A stretch of 64,000 nucleotides of DNA, from the NCBI RefSeq assembly GCF_009914755.1, contig NC_060938.1; one strand, written 5' to 3'. Below the pieces are notes generated by a model. That model saw only the letters and a list, made by a program, of their open reading frames with translations, had not been told where the DNA came from and did not search any database. Position numbers and translations under genes: made by a program. Shown one piece after another: positions 40,711 through 55,799 of the stretch. The DNA comes from the human T2T-CHM13v2.0 reference genome, Homo sapiens. Each line of letters opens with the position of its first letter. The stretch's first letter is position 1.

Positions 40711-41559
40711 GGTCCTCCAAGGGTCCTCTGCTTCCTCAGTTCATCCCTTGGTACACTCCTGACACAGCAGCATGCTACTTGGGCACATTGGTGTGAATCA
40801 AAAAGATCTGAGACTTGGATATCTTCTAAAATGTTCAATTGAAATGCCTTCTGTTTTGCCACTATTGAGTTTCTGTGGTGGGTAAGACCTACACAAAGAT
40901 AAACGAAAAACAGGGAGACACAGAGGTCATTTTTCATAATGCAAAAAGCTAAGCATAACAAGTGATTTATTCAGGATTACCTGTAGTCATGGTTGATTTC
41001 TACCCTCTCAGAGTTTATATGACATTTATATAATGTGCATAATATAATTATATATTTACATGAATTTCTCTTGTTTGTATTCATATATTTATTGTGAGCA
41101 TTGCAGTACACATTCAGTTATTTTAAAAATAACTTCATGGAAATGCTTTCTCAACAGGAGATCCTGTTAGACATTCAATATTGGAGTATTCCTGTCCTTT
41201 TTTAACTTCTAAGGGGCTGATAAAGTTCAGTCCATTTGGAAACTGTCAGAGCTGAAATGTTGCTTGGAGATTCTTCGGTGCAGACTTTTCATTTCACAGA
41301 CAGAGAAAGTGAGGATACAAGAAGAGAACTGATCTACGCAAGGTATGTTGGGACTCTGGTTTCATGGTTCCCAGTTCAGCGTAGGTACGTGTATGTGCAC
41401 CTCCATCCCTGACATTCATCACCAAACTCTTGCATTAACAGCAATCCCAGTCTTTGAGTCTCTGCCTAGAACTTCCATCTACCTTCAAGTTTCAGCATCA
41501 AGTACATGTTATTGAATTCCTTCCAATTTATTTAATTCAGTTTTCTGCAGTTCAACTAT

Positions 41560-42418
41560 ATCACCATCATCATCACCACCATCACCAGCATCATCACCAC
41601 CACCATCACCACCATCATCACCACCACCACCATCACCACCACCACCACCACCATCACCACCACCACCACCACCACCACCATCATCATCACCACCATCATT
41701 GCCACCACCATCATCATTACCAACATCATCACCACCACCACCACCACCACCATCATCATCACCACCACCAATTACCATCATCACCACAACTCACCCACTG
41801 ACTACCACCATCATTAGCACCACCATCATCATCACCACCACCATCATCATCACCATCATCATCATTACCACCACCAGCATTATCACCACTACCACCACCA
41901 TCATCATCACCACCACCATCATCATCACCATCATCATCATTACCACCACCAGCATTATCACCACTACCACCACCACCATCATCATCACCGCTACCACCAC
42001 CATCATCACCACCACCACCATCATCACCACCATCACCACCACCAAATCATAATCATCACCACCACCACCAGCATCATCATCATCATCACCATCACCACCA
42101 CCACCAGCATCATTACCACCACCACCACCAATATCACCACCATCACCACCACCACCAGCATCATTACCACCACCACCACCAATATCACCACCATCACCAT
42201 CACCATCATCATCATCACAACCACTATCACCACCACCAGCACCACCATCACCATCACCACCATCACCACCATCACCATCACCACCACCACCATCACCATC
42301 ACCACCATCACCATCACCACCACCACCACCACCACCATCACCATCACCATCACCATCACCATCACCACCACCACCACTACCATCACCATCATCATCACCA
42401 CCACCACCACCATCATCA
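41560..42418. repeat. ~860-bp degenerate (CAC/CAT)n trinucleotide repeat
   Basis: Directly visible; nearly G-free on the + strand; internal 75-bp and 51-bp re-duplications. Confidence 0.99.
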
Positions 42419-42779
42419 AAAGGAAGTGACTAAGGGACTTTGGCACTTAACAAGCTCTGCATCCCTCTATGTCAGGAACCCATGACCGCAGCCATTTTGT
42501 CAGTATCATTCAGATCTATTTGTATTTTTATTCCTTTCTCCTGCTAGGTATTCTTTTGATATCTTTACTTTTTTGAACAAAAAAAGTTTTTTTAAAGGAA
42601 ATGTGTAAATACTAAATAATACATTTTAAAAATGATATAATGGTGATGATGCCACCACCCACCATGCAGTGGTTTTCTCTTTGCTTATTCCTTTTCATGT
42701 GCATGTCTATGCCATTTTGCATTCTTCCATTTGGACAAAACATATTGCATTTTTCCATTTGGACAAAATTTCCAACGTT

Positions 42780-43260
42780 TGTTTTACTTGCAGTAAAATG
42801 TGCAAAACATACAATTTACCATCTTAACTGTACATTTTTATGAGTACAGTTCAGTGGCATTAAGTACATTCACATGAGTGTGCTACCAATACCACAATCC
42901 ATCTACAGAACTCTTTTCATTTTGCAAAACTGAAACTCTGTACCCATTACACAACTCCCCATTCCCCTCTCCCCCAGCCTCTGGCAACTACCATTCTACT
43001 TTCTGTCCCTATGAATTCAACTACTCTAGATAACTCATATCATCTTCAAATGGAATCATCCAGTCAAGTGGAATCATCCAATACATGCTCTTTTGTGACT
43101 GGCTTATTTAACTTAGTATAATGTCCTCAAAGTTCATCAGTGTTGTAGCATGTGTCAGGATTCACCTCCTTTTTAAAGCTAAATAATATTCTATTGCATG
43201 CATATTCCACATTTTATTCATCCATTCATCTGGATCCACATTATTTTTAATGACTTCATG
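42780..43260 (-). mobile_element. L1MB-type 3' fragment
   Basis: 'gtacagttcagtggcattaagtacattcaca', 'ttttgtgactggcttattt', 'tgttgtagcatgtgtcag'. Confidence 0.85.
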
Positions 43261-45309
43261 ATACTGCCTTATGCCGTTGTATTATAATGCGCTTAGGCTG
43301 TTTTAATGATTTTTTTCCCACTTAAAGCTATGTATCTGTCTGGATTTTGTTCCTCTAAAATGGGAATCAAGCAGAGTTTGGCCATTCATACATTCATCAA
43401 TCTCCGAGTGTTTACTATGTGCCAGGTGCTGTAATAAAATTGGGAGAATAGAACTGGATAAACTGTGGTTCTCACTCTTGAGGAGCCCACCGTTTAGAGG
43501 GAGCCAGAGAAATTAACTGAGCATTATAATTCAGTGCCTGGAATACAACAGGTAGTTTTCCCCATTCTCCTCCTGCTGTTAATTTTTACTTTCTTTTTGT
43601 CTTCCTGGTGGTGCTTGCATCTCCATCCAAGGCACAAACATTAGCTTGCATTTAACCAAGCACATTCACCCGATCTACTGCAAGACTCTAGAGCTGGCAA
43701 CCTGTCAGGAAACCCGTTTGAACTGTGTGAAACTGTGACCCCCAACACACCTTTACAAAAAAGCACAGTCAGATCTAGACACGAATTCATCATCTGCGGA
43801 AGATCATTTCCTGCTGTCGTTATTGTCTGTAGCAGCTCCAGTGACATGTGCTGGCATGACAAGCCCCATTTAATCTCACTAATGCATCCTTTTCCACGGG
43901 CAAACTAAACCCAGACCCATTCCAAAAGAGATGAACCCAGCCATCGCTTACCATAGGAATAACATTAAATACTAATGGGGACGGAAGACCCTGGGAGTGG
44001 CTTGCTGAGTGATGGGCCTTCCTCGGAGGGAACTGCTGATGGGATTCTGCTCAGATCCAAATGAGGTGATGCTCTTGGCTCTTGAGTTAAGGTTCAGAGG
44101 TTGCAGTGGACGCTGTGCCCTTTCCAGATACCAAGAACTCTGTCTAGCAAATGTCCACAAGAGGCTGGGTTGGACTTTGGTCTACATATATTTTCTTCAA
44201 CATTTCTCTTCCATTCATCCTGAAGTCAAGGACAAAACAAAGGCCTTGAAAACATCTAATGAGGACACTCTAGCAGGGAATGGAACTTTCAGTGCAAGTA
44301 GAGCATTGAGCAGAAGGTAGTTTTCTCCTTTGAGTAAACATTCTCTTATCTCTTGAGCTCTTGGCACCCGCGGCTGTAGAATGATAGTCCTTTTCGAGAA
44401 GTACCACCTTCATCAGAAGGCCAAACAGGGCAAGGCCTTGGGAAAGGAGTAGGCAGTTGGCTTTGGCGGAGAAGGGTTTTTCCTCTTTCCTCTCTCCCAG
44501 TGGAGCCTTCAAGGCTCAGAAGGCCTTTCATGGGATTTGCTGACCTCTTTCTAACCTGATGCCAGTGGGGCCAAAAGGGTGTGTGGTCCAGGACAGTTCT
44601 CCAGGTAAGAAGCCAGCTAAGCATTCAAAACTTGAAGCCCTTGCTGGCAGCAAAGAGTGTCCTCTGTTTTGTGCATTGCTCTAAAAGCAATTCAAGTTAT
44701 TTACGTGTAATTTAGTGGATCTAAGTATGTTAGCAGTATTTGCAGCCTGTGCACACACCTGACCTTCTCAATAGGGCTCACAGTCTTCCTGCATGGTCTC
44801 AGACCTTCTGTCTGTCGGGCGGTATTATGAGTCGAAAGAATTGCAGAATTGGAAGGACCCCTAATGGCCTAGGTAAGGCACTGTATTCAGGAATGGGAAT
44901 GGATTACCAGAAGGAAGAAAGGTAGAGCAGGAAGTCAGGGGACAGGCAAAACAAAGAGACCATAGGCTGCATGGTGCCTTAAGTGGAAATAGGAGAGAAG
45001 GAGAAAGTCTTGTGGGGAAGCTATGGGACAGCTTGAAGGTTGAGAGGGGAGTAAATAGGGAATGATGCTTTTAAAACGTTTTGCTATAGAATGTGAATTA
45101 CACCTTCTTCAATGGTCTATAGGATATTTCGGAAAAGATTTTAAGAATTACTTTTGGCTGTCAAACTATTGTTTATTCAAAAGCTACTCTACGCAGAGAC
45201 TGGACCTCTGGCCTGGTTATATTTGGGTTACAAATTTTTTAAGAACCAGTGTAGCCTAAAGCACAATGGTATCAATAGCTTTCTTTCCTAGTCATGTAAC
45301 AGGGGCTGT

Positions 45310-45450
45310 TTTCTAATTCAATCCTCATAACAGCCCCCTTTGAGGTAGGTTAATATTACCCAATTTTATAGATGAAAAACCTAAGTCTCAGAGAGGGAAA
45401 GTGACTAACTCAAGGTCACACAGCTGGGAAGTGCCCATAAAGTCCTTAGC
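45310..45450 (-). mobile_element. MIR SINE
   Basis: 'aatcctcataacagcccc..ttttatagatgaaaaacctaagtctcagagagggaaagtgact..caaggtcacacagct'. Confidence 0.8.
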
Positions 45451-46577
45451 ACCACAGCTGTACTCTTACCCAGGATAACTGCCATCGATAGTTGGGTGGG
45501 GTCTGTCAAAAAAAGATTTGAGGTCCTTCTCTAGGAAAAAGAACTCAAAGGAATGATGTTGAGAAAGGGTAGTAGTGGCATGAGAATCAGGGACTAAGAC
45601 CTCATGTCTCTTGATTGATCCGAGCACATGATTTAGCCCCTGTCATTGTGGTCTGAGGAGCACGCCACTTTACTTTCAACCTCATGTGCCATCATTCCAA
45701 GCTGTAGGCCTTCAAGGCCCAGGGAATAAAGAGGAGAATAAGAGTGAGAAAGATGGAGGCAGAGGCAATTATCTGAAGATAATTGATTTTAATTTACACA
45801 TTAACTTCTTTAGCACCGTGAAATCTTCGAAACAAAGATGCCCCTGCCAAACATTGACACAATCATCCTCATGACCACCGGCACTGCAGGCATCTCTAAG
45901 CATCTCTCAGGGGTCTTCCATTGGAATTCTGATAATGTTACCACTTCTTCACTAAAAACAACGGCCAGCAGCAATTATACCCCCTATACATTCTGTGCTT
46001 CATGCTGGTTTAACCCTTTCAATCTACAAATCGGGAATATCTTCAAGGCAAGAACGTGGTTAACCTGGTCCCACTTGTTGTTGAAGCCTCTGTGTGTGAT
46101 GGCAAAGGACTTTGTAAACTCTACACCCTTAATGAAAGCTTGGAGATTGAATTATAGCTAAGAAGCCTGAGGTTCAGCAGTGACGGGGCTTGGCCAAGGC
46201 CACCCTGCATGTTACCATGGAAGTAGCTCTAGAGCTGAAATGGTAGATGTCAACATAGAAGGGGTCAAGACAATACAATATCTGTAGCAGATAAGAAAAC
46301 TGTAGCCGTACTTTTTCATTTCTTTTTTCTTGCATTTCAAACTTAATTCTTATTTGGCTGCTGAATAATTTAATGCATGGGTTCTGGCATCAGAACTGGG
46401 TTATAAACTCTCAGAAGGGAGAACCACATTTCTACTCCAGTGTTCCTACAGGAGAAGTTGACAACATAATAGGAAGTCCATACCCACTTACAGAATTATA
46501 TTAGTTCAGGTGTCTATTGTCTATAACATCTACAGTCAGACTGTACTGCCTCCATGAGCCACCCATGAGCTCTGTGA

Positions 46578-46880
<303 letters not shown>

Positions 46881-47949
46881 TGAGTTGGTTAGTCTTTCTA
46901 AACCTCAACCTGGCCATCTGTAAAATGGGGACAACAGTATCTCCTTTACAGGGTTGTTGTAAAGATTTAATGAGGCACTCAACACATTGTCACATTCAAT
47001 AAAAGTTAGTTACTAACTTTTTAATAAACATTCAATAACAGCTATTATACAATAAAGCAATCATTTAATAAAACTTAATTTCTATTATTATTGCTGGTTT
47101 TATTAATATTATGATTCCCTCAAATGATTTCTCATTTTAAAATGGGAAAATATCTAAAAATGCTATTCTATATTACTTCTCTCTCCTATTCTATTTAAAG
47201 ATGATTCAGCGTCTGTATCCCTTCATCTAACTAAACTTTAAAATTGGATTTTAAACTTCAATTGCCAGTGATCTGTTATCAATCTCTTACCTGTCTTGCC
47301 TTTAGGTTAAACATGGCCCCAAATGAGCTTGTCGAAGTCTAGTTACTTTCAGATATTCAACAATTACTCTCCCATGGTGTTCTAGGCACTGGGCTGGCAA
47401 GACCTGGGCATTCAGAGATGGAGGAGAACCAACATGCAGGCAGCCATGGGCTGGAGCCAGGTAGGGTCATGGCCACCATGGTGCCAGGGATGGGGTGCAC
47501 CAGCCGAGACTTTCTTGGAGAGAGACTTCCTCTTAGTCCTAAATTCTTTTTCATTCCACCCAGGCCTTATGTGTTTAAGAATGCATAACTCACCATTCCA
47601 AAGTACTGTGTCTCTTACCTATGCTGTCTCTACACTGCAGCCCCCTTCTAGCCCTAAAGGGAAGGGAGAGAGGGAAGTCTTGTGAGTAACACAGGTGATG
47701 GTGGTATGTGTGTGTGTGTGTGTCGGGGGGGGGGCGGGGGGCATTCCTCTCTCCTCCTTAATCAGGGCCAACTGGCTGACAGTGTCTCCCACAGGACACT
47801 GTGGTAAGAAAGAAACAGCAGAGAGCCTGGACAGCAGAGAGGCTGGAAAGACACCACCACCTTCTTGGGATCCTCTCTTTTCTCCAAGTGCTCATGGAAG
47901 AGAGGGAATAGGATTTATACTGATACTTTTCATAACAGAAAAAAATAAC

Positions 47950-48180
47950 TAGCATTATTAAGCTGTCATTATGATTCAGCTACTGTGTTCTAAACACTTT
48001 ACACTTGATCTCAGTTATTTCTTATAATAATTCTCTAAATTTGCTAATGTTAATTGTGCCCATTTCACAGATAAGAAAATTGAGGCTTCAAGACATCAAG
48101 TCACTTACCTGAGGTCCCACAGCTTAGAAGCAGTAGAGTTAGAATTTGGACCCCAGCGTTCTGGCTCCAGAGCCTGCAGT
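47950..48180 (-). mobile_element. MIR SINE
   Basis: 'cccatttcacagataagaaaattgaggct..tcacttacctgaggtcccacagct..ctggctccagagcct'. Confidence 0.8.
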
Positions 48181-48244
48181 CCCACCTCTCCCAGGACCCT
48201 GAGGTTGGGGCTCCCTGCCTGGGGTCAGTGCAGGATTGACCTGA

Positions 48245-48703
<459 letters not shown>

Positions 48704-51700
48704 TAACCTAAGGGAAGGAGTGAGATCCACTGCGCACTACCCATGGTGGGCCGTGGGTGGTGAGGGGAGAAGTCTAAATCACTTGTCTGTAGATTTTCCT
48801 GCTGCCCAGGGAGTCTGGGAAGCCTTTGCAGGGGTGGCATGTGAATTTTCAACACTTTTTTACAATCACTGTGAACTATATAAGACTTAGTCTCTGCCTT
48901 TGTGAGTTTGGAAGACAGGCATTTTACAGATGTGAATTTTTATACAGAGCAGATTAAAATACAAACTACACAGAGATTACATACTAAGAGCTGTGTGGTT
49001 GCATCACACAAAAAGCATTAATTGTTTCTAGGGATGAAAATGGACAGTGCGGTCAGAAAACATTCCACAGATGATAGGACAATTGAGTTAGGGTATGAAG
49101 GGATGAATAGGAGTTTGCCAAGCAGAGAAAGGGGGAGTGTGAATACTTTTTAAACTGGCAGAATATCCTAAGCTGATGCTGCAGTGCACTCTCCAATGCA
49201 CTAAGATCCTACATTGTTTTATTCTTTTTTCTGTTCCTTTAAACAAGTACTTTTATAAAACAGCCTGTGGAAGTTAAGATGAGTACTCTGAAAATCCAAA
49301 ATAGTTCTCTCCTAAAGTTCTCTATTTGATCTTTGAAACAGAATCTATTTTTAGGAACGAAAAGAAGGCAATCCTAATTGATTTAGAATTTCTCAACTGC
49401 AGATCAGAATTGAAGATTAAACAATGGAAATGTAAATTTAAAAAATGTGGGCATCTTCAGCCCTGCCTTTCCCCCAAAGGCACAGCATGTGAGGGTATGT
49501 GCCCCCAGATCGAGGCCGTATCCCACGTGGGTGTTCACACTGTGCATCAAGGATGCTGTGTGCAAAAGGCAGACAGTCTTGGCTGCTGGGCATGAGAGCT
49601 GACTTGCAATGCTGCAGCTTTGACAGGGGTTTTGGAGGTTTAGAACCTTCAGTCCTGCTTATTGGAGTCCCCATGAAGTGCTAAGATGAGAGAGTTGGAA
49701 AGTAACATGGCCTCTAAGCTTGGTAACACTGGAGTAGGGGTTCACTTTCAAGACCACCCACGTCACTTTCCAGAACATTTCTTAAGCCCAGGTGAGGAGA
49801 AGCCTGGCTTCACAGTTGACACCTGTGAGTGCAACTTTTGCCACTGCTGCTTGACATAAGGAACACTGTGAACCCAGCTTCTGGCTAGATCCTACCAGTA
49901 GGACTGGGCCTGCTCCAGAACCTCTGCCTCTGTAGTTCTTCTTAGCACAGAGCGGAGGGTGCTAGGAAGGTGGTGGAAAGAGGCTTATAGCCACCTGCCT
50001 AGGTGACGATGGATTGGGCAGAGTATGGGAGGAGGGACCAGCCTGCCCTCCCACATGGATTTCCACCTCTGACTTGAAAACCAAACCTCTGGAAAAGTTC
50101 AAACCTGGGGTGGAGTCCCTGGTTGCCCCTGGTTCCTTGGCCGATCTCCAGGCCGGCCTGAAAGGTAGCTCTTGCTGAGTAAAGTTGGCATCTCCTGGTG
50201 TTTGCACTGGGACTACAAAATCCCCTTGGTGCTTGACTATCACCTAGATCCCCAGGGATCAGATGGCCTCTGCGGGAATGAGCACAAGGCCCATCTCAGC
50301 TCAGCCTGGCCTGCTGGACCTGCCACTCAGGAAGACACTGTCCTGCATCCTGGGAACCCACAAGTGGCCCTTTATCTGATCTCCCCCAAGCATGGCCCGA
50401 TGATCAGGGTTACGTGGGCTTGAGATTTCCATGTGATTGGCCGGGAGATGGGGTTGCAGAATCTCCTTCCCACGGAGTGTTCCACGTGTGTGACCTTCTC
50501 TCAGCTCAGCCACTGGTCACTTCCCCATTGGTCTTCTCTGCTGAGAGAGATTTCCTGGAGCCCAGCCTGGGCTCAGGCTGGGACTGGAGAGGTACAGCCC
50601 ATTCACAAAGCTAGCTCCCCAAGCTCAAACCCCAATACCAGGAGGGGTGAGGATGGCAGACTTGATGCAGGAGCAAAGTGGATGTGGAAACATCCCATGT
50701 GTCTTGTAAGTCAAATTCCCCCTGGTGCACAGAAGTAGGCATGGTTAGCCCTTCCATAAAATCTAGAATTGAGCACTGCGGTCTTCCCGTGGTTCCCAGC
50801 TCAGCCACGCTGCTCACATACCTTGCATGAGCCAGTCCCTGGTCTGACATCTTCTCTCCACCCATGTTCTCCTGTCTGTGTACTTCCAAGTAATGCACAA
50901 AACCTTTCTCCTAGAATTCTGTATGACTTCAGCCCAGAATCCCCCAGCTGAGAAATTAGTAAATTACATAACTCTCCTGTGATTCCACTTTTCTCAATGG
51001 TAAATGGAGAGAATAGTAATAATTCCTACACACTCCATGTCACTGATACGAAGTTTAATAAAGTCAGTATTCATTCAGAACTTGGACTTCTGTTTAAGGA
51101 GAATGGATTGAACATGCACATTTGGCTTATCACCTTCCTCAAATCCACCCAAAAACAGTACGTGGAGACGTGGGCATATGTAACCCCATAAGGGCACGTA
51201 AGATGTGGGGTGAGAAGAGCAACAGCCTGTGTAAGGTAGAAAGCAGACAGGGAGGGTGATGCTTTCTGCAAACCCAAGGATGCGTACCCTAAGGGAGCCT
51301 TGGGTGAGAGTGGGGTCAGCTAGAGCTGCCCATTTGCGCTGCAGGCTCTGAAGGCCCCAGGAAACAGGGGCACCGCCTCTGGATGATGATGATGCAACTG
51401 AAAATAATTGTCTGTTCAAGGATGACTTAAGAATGACTTCAGAAGCAGGTAGATCCTCTTCACGCCATCTCTGAGAAAAACCAGAGCTGAGCATCCATAG
51501 ATAGAGGGGCAGAGGGGGCACTGGATGGAAAAGAGGAAGGAAGTGAAATTTTGCACAGGAAACACCAGAGCCCCAGCCTGGTCCTCCTACTGGGGCTCCA
51601 GGACTCCCTTCTGCTGGGAGTTGGGAGGATTCTTCACTGGGGCTGCTGATCGATCCCAAAGAGAACAGAAGGTGTTGATGTTGGGGCTTCTGAGAGGAGT

Positions 51701-52296
51701 TTGCCCAGTTGGGCTGCCCTGGAATGGAGCTTCCAGAATATTCTTGGATGCACTGCTCATCCATGTGAGCTCACAGTTGAGAGGTGCCAGGCATTTGAGG
51801 ACGGAAAGCATTAGGAAAAATGGTCCACAGGGAAGGCACCTTATGTGAAAAGCAGACTCTGTCACAATCAGAATTTGTGTCCTCTGTGCCAGGCCCTTGG
51901 CCTCTGCTGGGCTGGTGCATGCCATCCCCAAGGGTGGAATGTGTCCACCAGGGAGGCAGGAAGGGCTCCCCTGAGCTTGTAGCTGTGACTACCAGGTGGC
52001 CATTCGGGACCTCTGTCCAGGAGACCAGTGCCAAGTGCTTTCTGAAAACATTGGCAGCAACAAAAATTACCCATGTGCTTCCAATTACAGAAAACCTATA
52101 CAGACAATCAAAACCTCTCATAGTCCCATCACAGGTAATATTTTGGTGTAGTTCCAGTCAATCTTTTTTCTGCATCTATGCATATTTTTCTTTTAAACTC
52201 AATATGGATCATAATGTATTTACTATCATGGAAACATTCAATTAGTAATATGTCATTAATAGTTTCCAGTGCCATGAAATATCCTTCTATAATTTG

Positions 52297-52625
<329 letters not shown>

Positions 52626-52922
52626 TGATTATTTTTTTAAATGGTGGCATGTTATTTCATCATATGAATGTGCTATAATATACTTTTATAATGCTCTTTT
52701 CAAAATTGCTTAGGTCATATAGGCTTTATGCTGGATACTTGAAAAATATAATCACAAAAAGAAAAATAAAGTTATTTTTAGTCCTGCCACCCAATGAGCA
52801 TGGCAAAGATCTTGGCATAGACATGTTAAAGACGTGTAGTTTTTCAAAGATTGTAGGCTACTGTATATATTGTCTTGTAACTTGCCTTTAAACTGATATA
52901 TCAGAAATCTTCCCATGAAAAG

Positions 52923-53125
52923 AAATTACATATACCCACAACACGGAATACTATGTAGCCATTAAAATCATTATGATTAAAATCATTATGATTTTATGAT
53001 TTTTTGATTATGATTATGATAATGATTATGATTATGATTAAGTCCTTCCCACCTCCCATTATGATTAAAAATCATAATGACTTTAATGGTTGCATAGTAT
53101 TCCATGTTGTGGGCATATGTAATTT
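52923..53125. repeat. 56-bp inverted repeat enclosing an (ATGATT)n-like spacer
   Basis: 52923-52978 versus the reverse complement of 53070-53125: 51/56 identical. Confidence 0.93.
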
Positions 53126-53275
53126 TTCAGCCATTGCATATATGTGTAATGAAATTGATCCCAAAATGTCACTATTGTATATCGTCATTGAATATATATC
53201 TTTGGTTACATTTTAGAATATTTCTAATAGAAGAAATAACTAGAGATCCTATTTTTTTTGTTAGGGGAAGGGTAC

Positions 53276-53787
53276 TGTATTAGTTTTCTGTGGCTGCCAT
53301 ACAGTAGAAAATTTAGTGGCTTAAAACAACATCAATTTATTATGTTACAATTCGGGAGGTCCAATGTCTAAAATAGGTCTCACTGGGCTAAAGTCAAGGT
53401 GTGGCAGGCTGCGTTCGTTTTGTAGGTTCTAGGGGAGACTCTGTTTCCTTCCTTTTTCAGCTTCTAGAGGCTGCCTGCAATTCCTAGGCTCACAGCCTCT
53501 TCCTCCATCTTCAAAGTCAGCCATGGCTGGTCCAGTCCTCCCCACATCCCATCATTCTGATACTACCCTTCCGCCTCCCACTTCCACTTTTAAGAACCCT
53601 TAGGGTTATATTGGGCCCACCCAGTCAATCCAGAATAATCTTCTTATTTTAAGGTCAGCTGATTAGCAAAGTTAATTTCATCTGCTGCCTTGATTTCCTT
53701 TTGAATATAATTTAACATATTCATATTCACAGCTTCTGGAGATTAGAATGTGAGCATCTTTGAGAGGCTGTTATTCTGTCTACCACA
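53276..53787 (-). mobile_element. MLT1D-like LTR
   Basis: tgtattagttttc...attctgtctaccaca termini; 'aggtctcactgggctaaagtcaaggtgt'. Confidence 0.9.
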
Positions 53788-53933
53788 GGTGTGGGCTTAA
53801 AAGTTAGGGTTTCAGTGAAAGTTGGCCTCCTCAATGATGTGACTATTATAGTCTCTCCTAGCAGTACATGTAATTGTCTATTCCACCTCATGATATCAAC
53901 ATGGAGTATTATTACTTAAAAAAAATTATGGCC

Positions 53934-54056
53934 AGCTGGGTGTAGTGGCTCACACCTGTAATCTCAGCACTTTGGGAGGTTGAGGTGGGAGGATTGCTTG
54001 ATGCCAGAAGTTTGAGACCAGCATAGGCAACAAAGCAAGACTCTGCCTCTACAAAA

Positions 54057-54107
<51 letters not shown>

Positions 54108-54272
54108 ATTAGCCTGGCATGATGGCTCACTCCTGTGGTCTCAGCTACTCAAGAGGCTGAGGTGGGAGGATCACTTAAGCCCAGGAGTTTCAGGCTGAAG
54201 TGAATGATGATTGTGCCACTGCACTCCAGCCTGGGTGAAAGAGTAAGACCCCCCTGTCTCTTAAAAAAAAAA
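53934..54272 (+). mobile_element. AluJ with a (TAAA)n expansion in the middle A-rich linker
   Basis: 'ggaggattgcttga', 'ggatcacttaagcccaggagtt'; (TAAA)n at about 54054-54108. Confidence 0.93.
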
Positions 54273-55799
54273 TTAAAATCATTGCCAATTTAAATAGCTA
54301 AAAGATTGTATCTGATTATTTTGTTAATTTTTATTTCTTTGATTACTTGTTATGTAGATTTTTTTCTAAAAGATCTTTAATCATTTAGAGTTCTCTTTTT
54401 GTAAATTGCCTGTTCATATTATTTGCTCATTTTTCTGTGGTTGGGGGGCATCATCTTCTTTATTTGTAAAAGATTTCTTCATGTTAAAGTTACTATTTAT
54501 ATCCATGTCAAAAATATTTTGTCCTGGTTTGAGGCTTACTGTTTAATCTTATATTTTACAGCCAGGATCTTATCTTTTCTGTGTAGATTATGTCAGTATT
54601 TTCTCTTATGGTTTCTTCCTAGGTTTTGTGGCTACTATGGTTAATAAGATTTTTCTCACCTCTAGTTAGAGAAATATTTACTAATGCTTTTCTATTTTCC
54701 ATTTGAACATTTAACTCTTTAATCCATTTTGAATTTTATTTTAGTTATAGGGAGAAGTTAGTCATCTCCTCATTCTTTTCCCCATTATTTTAGTAGCTTG
54801 CACTGAGCCTCTTGATGTTACACTCTCTGGAGCACATGATTTGGGTACATAACCTTAAATTTTTGTTTTTTTTAAATCACAAAGGTGAGGCTTTTGCTGC
54901 CAAGAGCTCCTTGCCATTTTAACACAGGTGTTGCTATTTTCCCGGCATCTGGGGCCAACAAGTGCAGTTCCTACAATGGAAAACAAGTCAAAGCCTTCCA
55001 CATACCACTGCATATAAGAGGAGAATAAATGCTTCGATTCCAGCACGGCAGGAGCACAGGCTGCTGGGGGACCATTAAGCTCTTTTTGGAACTTGCCAGT
55101 TGTTTATTTCCAGTGTCTGTCCTTACAGGGACAGCCAGGGGAGCCATCCTTTTCTCTGTGAACATGTGCTAGGTGTGTTCTTGGATGAGTACTTCTACCT
55201 GGAACAAACAATGGGCAGGCAGGATAATGAGAGGCCGTTTCCCGTGATCACTGCCATCTGAAAGCACCATATCAACACCGCTTTATTTCTGGATAATGCA
55301 CAACAAAGGAAGGAAGGAAAGAGACCACTGTGGGCCCAGCTGCTGCCCAGCACCCCTGAGCCTGCGTGGGGAATGTTTGTTTCAGCCTGGGCTCCAACCC
55401 ATCCCTAGACAAGATCCTTTTCCAATGGCTTGCACTTCTCTCTCTCATTCATTTTCTCATCCATTCTGTGTGTCTTTCTAGGCAGAGGGATATTATGGAG
55501 AGAAAATGGAGAAGATCCCTGGCTTCGTGGCACTTAGAAGAACTTAATGGAGGAAAAAGATACTAAAAAAGAGACAAGCTGGAACATAATTGCACATCGT
55601 GACAAATGCATTGAAGAATTCAAGTAGGATGTTGAGCTGCAGAATCCTGGGCTTGGAGAGAAAACTCCTTTGGGTTTCGGGTATAGGAAGGCCTCTCTCT
55701 CCAGGCATCCACCCCAGCCCAGCTGGAAGCCTCTGCATTTCTCAAGCACAGCCAGGTCTTTCTTTTCTACCCTTTTGTCCTGGCAGCCTCTAGGTCCCC

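Noticed and set aside
41454-42446. Poly-His, poly-Pro/Thr, poly-Gly/Asp and poly-Val/Met ORFs
   Set aside because: Automatic consequence of a stop-poor trinucleotide repeat; no unique coding flank or gene structure
51075-51764. Longest ORF in the track (229 aa, minus strand)
   Set aside because: No recognisable domain, Ser/Pro/Leu/Gly-rich composition typical of chance ORFs, and overlapping ORFs on both strands
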